This document shows, one piece after another, positions 26,390 through 32,000 of a DNA stretch of 32,000 nt. A program made the position numbers and the translations under genes. The stretch comes from Candidatus Electrothrix sp. GW3-4. Its GTDB lineage: Bacteria > Desulfobacterota > Desulfobulbia > Desulfobulbales > Desulfobulbaceae. The stretch lies in contig NZ_CP147990.1 of assembly GCF_037902255.1 (NCBI RefSeq), forward strand, positions 3,150,001 through 3,182,000, given 5' to 3'. How positions within the stretch are numbered: position 1 is the stretch's first letter; every line of letters begins with the position of its first letter. Under the pieces are notes generated by a model. It worked only from the letters and a program-made list of their open reading frames with translations. It ran no database searches and had not been told where the DNA came from.

Positions 26390-26826
26390 CTCATCTCCCC
26401 TCCATTGCCTGCTTGCCACAGCCTAACCATTTTTTTCAGCTGTCCCAAATCAGGAGGCATCTGTCGACGATACTGACGGACCAAGAGGCAAGGGCCAATC
26501 AACAGAACAAGACTAAGCAATCCACCAAGCCAACCGAACAAGAAAAAGCACGCAAAAAAAAGAGCGAGCAAAACAGCACCGATCCCGGCGATCCTTTTTC
26601 GCAACAGGGACATCTTTTCCTCGGCATTCTGCTGACACCAGGCGGTATAGAGCTGGGGAAAGGTAAAATAAAAACGACCATTCCCCCCAGCGCGGCGCAG
26701 AAGATGAACGAACTTGGCATCTGTCATCCCCTGAGCGGTTCTCGCGTGCAAGAGAAACCGGTACCCGCAAGGACAGCGAAGTTCGACATTTTTTTTTTGT
26801 TCAACACCGCATTCAGGACATCTCAT
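26314..26826 (-). CDS. Zinc-ribbon protein with two transmembrane helices
   Basis: It has an N-terminal CPEC...CPC zinc ribbon (MRCPECGVEQKKNVELRCPCGYRF) and a hydrophobic hairpin IAGIGAVLLALFFACFFLFGWLGGLLSLVLLIGPCLLV. Its last ~25 codons overlap the next ORF out of frame. Confidence 0.55.
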   Translation of the reverse strand: MRCPECGVEQKKNVELRCPCGYRFLLHARTAQGMTDAKFVHLLRRAGGNGRFYFTFPQLYTAWCQQNAEEKMSLLRKRIAGIGAVLLALFFACFFLFGWLGGLLSLVLLIGPCLLVRQYRRQMPPDLGQLKKMVRLWQAGNGGEMRCCSFSQACMNHLLRFLKRIFLTMG

Positions 26827-27286
26827 ACCGTTCTCTTCTCATCGGAAAGCCCCATTTATTTCCTTACATTTTCAGCAACCAGTCTTTAGTATCTTTTTTC
26901 AAAGCACTCTCAAAAGACCAATCTGACTTCCTCGAAAGCGCTCCCCCGGCCTGCGGCCAGGACCAAACTTCGAAATAACAGCGAGGTACACATCATGCTA
27001 CTTAGAAGAAGGAAGAGCATCCGCTTAGCAGACAAGCAATATAAAGTATCTATAATAATTGTCCAGCATTTCATTCAAATCCATAAGAACCGCAGGCTCC
27101 ATTTCTGACATCTTTTTTGCCCTATAACTTTCGGGCTTGGTTCTAACTTTCTTCTCACAGCGACGCAGACTATGTGGGGTTGAGCGTATGTTTTTCTGTG
27201 AATCTCGCCCCAATCTATGTTATATAAGAGGCACGTTGGGAATAATTTGAATCGCAGTTAGATGAATTCAATATAAGAGGAAGAAA

Positions 27287-27814
27287 ATGCAGAAAACTTC
27301 ATTAACACTCGGCCTGCTGGCGCTTATCGGTATCGTCTCACCATGTGGCATTCACGCCGCTACTCCTCCACCTCCAAATGCAGACGTCGATGTGGATATG
27401 ATGGCCAGGGAATATAAAGAGACTCCGAACGGCCCAGGAGCGTTAACCAAGGAAATGATTGAGGCCTGTGTTGTTCTGAAAATCGACATGGAAAAAGACG
27501 CCAGCAACCTAGATACCATCAGGGAAGAGCTGGGAAAGCTGAATAATGAAGTAAAAGATCTTGGAGCCTATCTCAAAAATAACAAAGGGCAGTTCGACGA
27601 AAACGACACCAGTGCTGCCCGCGCTGAATATGATGCCAAGGTAAAAGAATACAACTCCCGGATCCCTATCTTGAAAGAAAAAACTAAATCATACCAAGAC
27701 ATGATCAAGCCGTACAAAGAAAAAGAAGGTAAATTTGAACAGAATTGCAACAGCCAACCCTACTATGAAGACGACTACAAAGCGATAGAGAAAAAACTGG
27801 GCCGTGGCATGTAG
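27287..27814 (+). CDS. Secreted coiled-coil protein with two conserved Cys, paralogue 1 (unknown family)
   Basis: It has a signal peptide (MQKTSLTLGLLALIGIVSPCGIHA), GAGGAAG as RBS and Lys/Glu-rich helical sequence. By eye it aligns with 28738..29253 with a single one-residue gap. Confidence 0.7.
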   Translation: MQKTSLTLGLLALIGIVSPCGIHAATPPPPNADVDVDMMAREYKETPNGPGALTKEMIEACVVLKIDMEKDASNLDTIREELGKLNNEVKDLGAYLKNNKGQFDENDTSAARAEYDAKVKEYNSRIPILKEKTKSYQDMIKPYKEKEGKFEQNCNSQPYYEDDYKAIEKKLGRGM

Positions 27815-27837
27815 CCCGCGATCATCTCTTTTCCCCC

Positions 27838-27917
27838 TATCCCGACCCAACGGGCCGGGATAACAAGATATGAAAGATGGGAATCCTGGTCGCCTTTGTC
27901 AACCACTTTCATATAAC
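27838..27917 (+). repeat. Copy B of the ~80-bp structured intergenic repeat
   Basis: The sequence is TATCCCGacccaacgggcCGGGATAACAAgatATGaAAGatGGGAAtcCTGGTcGcCTTtgtCaACCACtTTCATATAAc. This is the most diverged copy. Confidence 0.7.
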
Positions 27918-27923
27918 GCCCAA

Positions 27924-28002
27924 CCCTCCCCTTCTGGGGAGGGACAACAAAGCATGAAAGGCGGGAAGTCTGGTTGGCTTCACCGACCACTTTCATATAA
28001 AA
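27924..28002 (+). repeat. Copy C of the ~80-bp structured intergenic repeat, abutting the dut start codon
   Basis: The sequence is CCCTCCCCttctGGGGAGGGACAACAAAgCATGaAAGgcgGGAAGtCTGGTTGGCTTcaCCGACCACtTTCATATAAAAA. It has a perfect 8-bp stem whose sequence differs from copies A and B, while the downstream module is conserved. Confidence 0.75.
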
Positions 28003-28005
28003 AAT

Positions 28006-28461
28006 ATGCAAATAATAGATGTTCCGTTTTGCTGGCTTGATCCCGACAACAGTCGGGATCTTTCTTTACCCGCCTATGCAACCACACAAGCAGCCGGTAT
28101 GGATGCAGCGGCGGCCATCACCGAGGATATTACCCTTCAGCCCGGTGACATAAAACTCTTCCCCACCGGATTTGCAGTGGCCTTACCTGAGGGGCTTGAG
28201 ATGCAGGTGCGCCCGAGATCTGGTCTGGCGATAAAACACGGCGTCACCGTTATTAACGCGCCAGGAACTATCGATGCTGACTACCGAGGAGAGGTCAAAA
28301 TCGGCCTGATTAATCTTGGCCAGATGCCTTTTACCATCCAACGGGGCGACCGCATTGCCCAACTCGTTCTTGCGCCAGTATGCCACGCGCAAGTACAGTC
28401 AGTACGGGAGCTGGGAAAAACAGAGCGGGGTGACGGAGGATTCGGACATACTGGCAGATAA
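28006..28461 (+). CDS. dut: dUTP diphosphatase (trimeric dUTPase)
   Basis: The five Dut motifs can be recognised: [39 protein letters not shown] and [11 protein letters not shown]. Length is 151 aa. Confidence 0.93.
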   Translation: MQIIDVPFCWLDPDNSRDLSLPAYATTQAAGMDAAAAITEDITLQPGDIKLFPTGFAVALPEGLEMQVRPRSGLAIKHGVTVINAPGTIDADYRGEVKIGLINLGQMPFTIQRGDRIAQLVLAPVCHAQVQSVRELGKTERGDGGFGHTGR

Positions 28462-28737
28462 GCAACTTCATCTCCTCGAAGAGGATAAACGTCCCTGTAA
28501 CGAAAAAACAAGCCTTCCGTACCTTATATTATCTCTCTGCCCTTCTTCAGTGAGCCATGATAATGATCTTCAGCCCTCTCACTCTTCTGCACCATCCCCC
28601 CCACCTCCACCGCAAGTAAGCAAAAAACACCAATTCACCCGGCTCAGGAGATGCACCCATGATGTATCTGACGCACAACAAACAAAGAGCAAACAGCAAC
28701 CTGAAAATCCTACAACACAAGAAAGGAGCTTCCTCCC

Positions 28738-29253
28738 ATGTCCACAGCAAAAGTATTCCTTACAGGTGTTATCACCTTGGCCATTATCGCCCCAAGTCTC
28801 AACCACGCCTCAGCTGAGACCTTACAGGCAGACACTGAAAAAACAGAGCGTAACTATCGCAAGACAAAAACAGGTGCAGGCGCCCTCACCCTAAAAATGC
28901 TTGAAGCCTGCATACAACTCAAAGCAGAGGCCGAGCAAGAGTATAAACAAATCAACGCTTCCAAGGAAGAATATGACGCGCTCAATAACGAGGTCAGTGA
29001 CCTTGCAGCATCCCTGCAAGAAAGCAAGGAACAGTTAGATAACAAGGACGAAAAGGCCGTTGATGCACATAATGAGCAGGTTGAGCTCTATAACCAAAAG
29101 GTGGAAGAGCTCAAGGCGATGGAAACATCATATAATGAAAAGAGCGAACCTTATCAAAAAAAGGCCGACCAACTCGAAAAAGAATGCAATGGCCAGTCCT
29201 ATTATGAAGACGACTACGCCGAAGCAGTGAAAAAGACAGGAAAAACCCTGTAA
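28738..29253 (+). CDS. Secreted coiled-coil protein with two conserved Cys, paralogue 2
   Basis: It has a signal peptide (VFLTGVITLAIIAPSLNHASA) and GAAAGGAG as RBS. With 27287..27814 it shares GALT.xM.EAC..LK, LNNEV.DL, SY...PY, CN.Q.YYEDDY and KK.G. Confidence 0.7.
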   Translation: MSTAKVFLTGVITLAIIAPSLNHASAETLQADTEKTERNYRKTKTGAGALTLKMLEACIQLKAEAEQEYKQINASKEEYDALNNEVSDLAASLQESKEQLDNKDEKAVDAHNEQVELYNQKVEELKAMETSYNEKSEPYQKKADQLEKECNGQSYYEDDYAEAVKKTGKTL

Positions 29254-29271
29254 AAGACAGGCAACAAGGCG

Positions 29272-29330
29272 CTCTCGGCAGAGGCGCCCCTCTGCCGAGA
29301 GAGGCAGAGCGAGCCTGTTTAACTCGCTCT
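29272..29330. terminator. Two strong hairpins between convergent genes (13-bp perfect stem CTCTCGGCAGAGG-cgcc-CCTCTGCCGAGAG; 8-bp stem AGAGCGAG-N9-CTCGCTCT)
   Basis: The first hairpin is at 29272-29301. The second is at 29306-29330 and touches the stop codon of the minus-strand OMP gene. Neither has a clean U-tract. Confidence 0.5.
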
Positions 29331-29893
29331 TAAAAAAGCAGGGACACCCCAATATTTACGGTGAAATTGCTTAAGTCATCATCGGGCAGGGCCATATCAT
29401 AGGCTGACAACCCTATTTCCCCGCGAACAAAAAGATTTTCATGCAGCCAAGTGGCATTATGCATAATACCAGCATACCCCTCAAACCCATCCTCCTCCGC
29501 TTCAAAATTAATCCCCCTATGGTTCCTATCCGCTTCGACATGTGCATAACCGATCCCCAGATAAGGTCTCATTGCCACAGAGCTCATCAGCACAAGGGAG
29601 TTAAACAGATACTGGCCGCGCAGGGTTGTGGCCTTAAAATCCCCGGTTACCCCTAAGGTACACATAGCACCAACATGCTCGGTAAACCAGTACTCCGCAC
29701 TCGGGCCCGCACCGTAATTAACCGAATTCACCATACCTCCTATCCCGAAACGCCCGGCAACGGAAAAAACATGCTGAGAAGGCTGGTGCTCATAATCAGC
29801 CTGGGCAAAAGCAGAACCGGAAAAAGCCAGCCCTAACAAAAAAATAACCGTCAGCAGGGTGAGGCTCTGAAATAATCTGCTAGAATCCATCAA
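29330..29893 (-). CDS. Small outer-membrane beta-barrel protein (OMP_b-brl/OmpA-N-like)
   Basis: It has a signal peptide (LTLLTVIFLLGLAFSGSAFA), alternating beta-strand pattern and a C-terminal NIGVSLLF ending in Phe. Confidence 0.75.
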   Translation of the reverse strand: MMDSSRLFQSLTLLTVIFLLGLAFSGSAFAQADYEHQPSQHVFSVAGRFGIGGMVNSVNYGAGPSAEYWFTEHVGAMCTLGVTGDFKATTLRGQYLFNSLVLMSSVAMRPYLGIGYAHVEADRNHRGINFEAEEDGFEGYAGIMHNATWLHENLFVRGEIGLSAYDMALPDDDLSNFTVNIGVSLLF

Positions 29894-30081
29894 TATGTTC
29901 TCCTTCTTCTCAATAGCGCCTTACCTCCCTCTTTTGAAGAGGGACGCCCCAAAAACAGAGGGCTATTTAACCACGAAACCGCGCAAAGACAAACAAAAAA
30001 ATCCCGCTCAAGGGAAGAACACAAAGAGGAAGGACAAGACAAGAAACACCACAGAGTGGTGATACCGCCAACAGAACAACT

Positions 30082-30999
30082 TCACAAGTCCGCCTCAGCA
30101 AAAGGGAGCACCTCGGCGAGACAATTCCGTTCTAACAGGAGCATAAATAAACGATCCAACCCAAGGGCGATCCCCGCACAGTCAGGGAGTCTTTGCAGGG
30201 CAGTAAGAAATTTTTCAGGCATCTTACAGCCCCTGCCGTACCTATCAGCCTTCCTCATCTCCTCTGCAAAACGATGCTGCTGTACAACAGGATCTGTTAA
30301 CTCGGAAAAGCCATTAGCCACTTCAATCCCGCCAATATAGAGCTCAAAACGCTCCGCCACCTCAGGACACTCCGATTTTGGTCGGGCCAGCGAAGCCAGG
30401 GCAATCGGGTAATCGTACAAAAAAACGGGTCGTTCCCAGCCAAGTTCAGGCTCAACCTTTTCCACCAGCAGCAGATCAAATTGTCCTGTACGAACAGCCT
30501 GTTCAGCTGACACCCCGGCATAACGCTGAAAGGCATCGTTCACTGTCAGTCGCTGCCAGGGGACCTGCAGAGAAATGTCCTGACCAGATCGGCGGACAAC
30601 GTCCTTGCCCGCAACCTGCCGGATCATCTGCTCACATTCTTGCATCAGCTCCAGATAACTCCACCCAGCATGATACCATTCCAGCATGGTAAACTCTTCC
30701 TGATGTAGCTGTCCCTGCTCTCCTTTACGAAAACAGGGACAAATCTGAAAAATATGCTTGTTTCCTTGAGCCAACAGCCGCTTCATACAGAGCTCAGGTG
30801 AGGTTTGCAGAAACCAGCCTTCCGAGCTAAGGGGAATAATTTCCGCCTCAGGAATCAGCACTGGAAGACGGACGGGTGTATCCACCTCTATGTATGCTCG
30901 GTGACGAAAAAAATCGCGAACCCTCTGCAACAGAAGAAAACGCTGCCTAAGCCTTTCAGGTGATAACATAAAAAAATCTACTCCGTACCTCATTGCCAT
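30082..30999 (-). CDS. epmA: Elongation factor P-(R)-beta-lysine ligase (truncated class II LysRS paralogue, GenX/PoxA)
   Basis: It has YIEVDTPV, FLQTSPELCMKRLLAQG, FRKGEQGQLHQEEFTMLEWY, VAERFELYIGGIEVANGFSELTD and PDCAGIALGLDRLFMLLL. These are collinear with E. coli EpmA as I recall it. Several Met codons are possible at the N-terminus. Confidence 0.88.
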   Translation of the reverse strand: MAMRYGVDFFMLSPERLRQRFLLLQRVRDFFRHRAYIEVDTPVRLPVLIPEAEIIPLSSEGWFLQTSPELCMKRLLAQGNKHIFQICPCFRKGEQGQLHQEEFTMLEWYHAGWSYLELMQECEQMIRQVAGKDVVRRSGQDISLQVPWQRLTVNDAFQRYAGVSAEQAVRTGQFDLLLVEKVEPELGWERPVFLYDYPIALASLARPKSECPEVAERFELYIGGIEVANGFSELTDPVVQQHRFAEEMRKADRYGRGCKMPEKFLTALQRLPDCAGIALGLDRLFMLLLERNCLAEVLPFAEADL

Positions 31000-31140
31000 C
31001 CTTCTGTAACTCGCTTGACCATACAGATCTCTGACACAAAATAAAACAAATACGAGGATATACGCTCACCAAAGTATTCAGAGAACGCCTTTTCACAGGG
31101 ACAACATTCTCTCGGAAAAAAAGTGAAAAAATTCTTCTGT

Positions 31141-31539
31141 TCAGACCCGAGCCCCGACATACTGACCCCAGACGTCGTCTTCTGAGGTGTCATGGTCACA
31201 GCTAGGCATCTCTTGGCGAATAAACTGCTTCCAGCTCACAGGGGCATTCGCAATATGAAACCCCACAGCCACGAGCCGACCATCTTTCTTTCTCCATTTC
31301 GAATGCACGGTTAATTTATAATGCATGACATCCTGAAAATCGGAAATAACAACGCTAAACCGCTCCCCATTTATAGCTATAAATTTCGCTGGTAACCCTT
31401 GCAGTCGAATCCCCTTCAGAGAAGCATCTTGCACCGTTGCCGTGTAGACAAATCCCTCACTGACAATATTTGCGCTATAACCATTCAATTGCATCCTTGG
31501 CTGTCTGCGCTTTTCCATATTTTTACCCATAATATCCAA
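31141..31539 (-). CDS. Stand-alone PilZ-domain (c-di-GMP binding) protein
   Basis: The RRQPR (RxxxR) motif is followed ~25 aa later by DASLKG (D/NxSxxG). Length is 132 aa. Confidence 0.7.
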   Translation of the reverse strand: MDIMGKNMEKRRQPRMQLNGYSANIVSEGFVYTATVQDASLKGIRLQGLPAKFIAINGERFSVVISDFQDVMHYKLTVHSKWRKKDGRLVAVGFHIANAPVSWKQFIRQEMPSCDHDTSEDDVWGQYVGARV

Positions 31540-32000
31540 CTCACTTCCTGAATTAAAACCTTACGCAAAATTTCCCAGCAACCCCATAGAACGACTGATA
31601 TTATATCGTTTATCATAGCGTGTCATTCAAGAATCACATACTTCTACGCGCCCCATATTCATAAAAAAAGATAGGCCGTTGACGACAAGAAAAGAGGTTC
31701 TCTATCCCCTCTCCCATGCTTCTTTATGCTCATCCGCCCCTCTTTTACTGTATCTTTTTCACAAAGTACAATTTTTTTTACTTAAAAACATTTTATACTC
31801 CTGTTAAAAAAACGCAATAACAAGAAAAAGGGGGAACATAGGGGGTAAATTTCACCCAGACCTTCAGGATATCAAATCCACAAGACCTCGCAGAAGCGAA
31901 ATACTTTCTTTTATCTTATAAGGTTAGACCAATCTGGAAAACTTGAGTGGAAGACAAAAAGACATGTCTCTCTGGGGACAAAGAAAAATATAATCGTCCC

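Noticed and set aside
27025-27213. A 62-aa minus-strand ORF (TTG start) containing TPHSLRR, faintly reminiscent of tyrosine-recombinase box II (HxLRH).
   Set aside because: The match covers only ~6 residues, the flanking sequence shows no recombinase motifs, the ORF is bounded by stops, and it lacks an RBS. That is too little to call a gene or an integrase remnant.
27775-28011. A 78-aa minus-strand ORF with an internal duplication ([15 protein letters not shown] / YMKVVDKGDQDSHLS).
   Set aside because: It is the antisense read-through of the two tandem copies of the ~80-bp repeat and overlaps the paralogue-1 stop and the dut start. There are no start or RBS signals.
29930-29975. The hairpin CCCTCTTttgAAGAGGG followed by ACgccccAAAAACA, which resembles the 5' hairpin plus ACAACAAA of the ~80-bp repeat family.
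   Set aside because: Only the generic GC-hairpin and A-rich features are shared, and the conserved CTGGTTGGCTT...ACCACTTTCATATAA module is absent. It is therefore not counted as a fourth copy.

Overview
The window reads as bacterial chromosome of intermediate GC. Gene content suggests a Desulfobacterota or deltaproteobacterial-type organism, but that is inference only. Most of it is core genome. Housekeeping genes are rpmB, bioA, panE, folA, recA, cinA, dut and epmA. Envelope genes are two small outer-membrane beta-barrels, an MltD-like lytic transglycosylase, and an M23 peptidase next to a bactofilin. Signalling genes form a four-gene minus-strand operon (REC-GGDEF, a 1353-aa hybrid histidine kinase, CheR, and a REC-less CheB), and there is a stand-alone PilZ protein. 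No rRNA, tRNA or CRISPR array was recognised. The accessory-looking part lies at about 22.2-26.8 kb. It holds a complete 1229-bp IS630-family element with TA duplications, inserted exactly in the stop codon of a small 8-cysteine 'two-CW'-type protein. Next to that is a translationally coupled three-gene operon: a zinc-ribbon 2-TM protein, a short protein with a Spo11/TopoVI-A-like Toprim motif pattern, and an asparagine-synthetase-like PP-loop enzyme that lacks the N-terminal Cys nucleophile. I consider this operon the best candidate for an undescribed system, and its function is unknown. Other points of interest:
- an ~80-bp structured intergenic repeat present three times;
- an array of 22-bp palindrome-containing repeats in an unusually long cinA-recA spacer;
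- a pair of diverged secreted coiled-coil two-Cys paralogues flanking dut;
- a CheB/CheR pair with no MCP, CheA or CheW, sitting beside a kinase whose coiled coil carries NEEL-type Glu/Gln-rich heptads;
- a truncated SMC/ABC-like ATPase at the left edge.
All functional calls rest on motif recognition by eye. No database searches were run.
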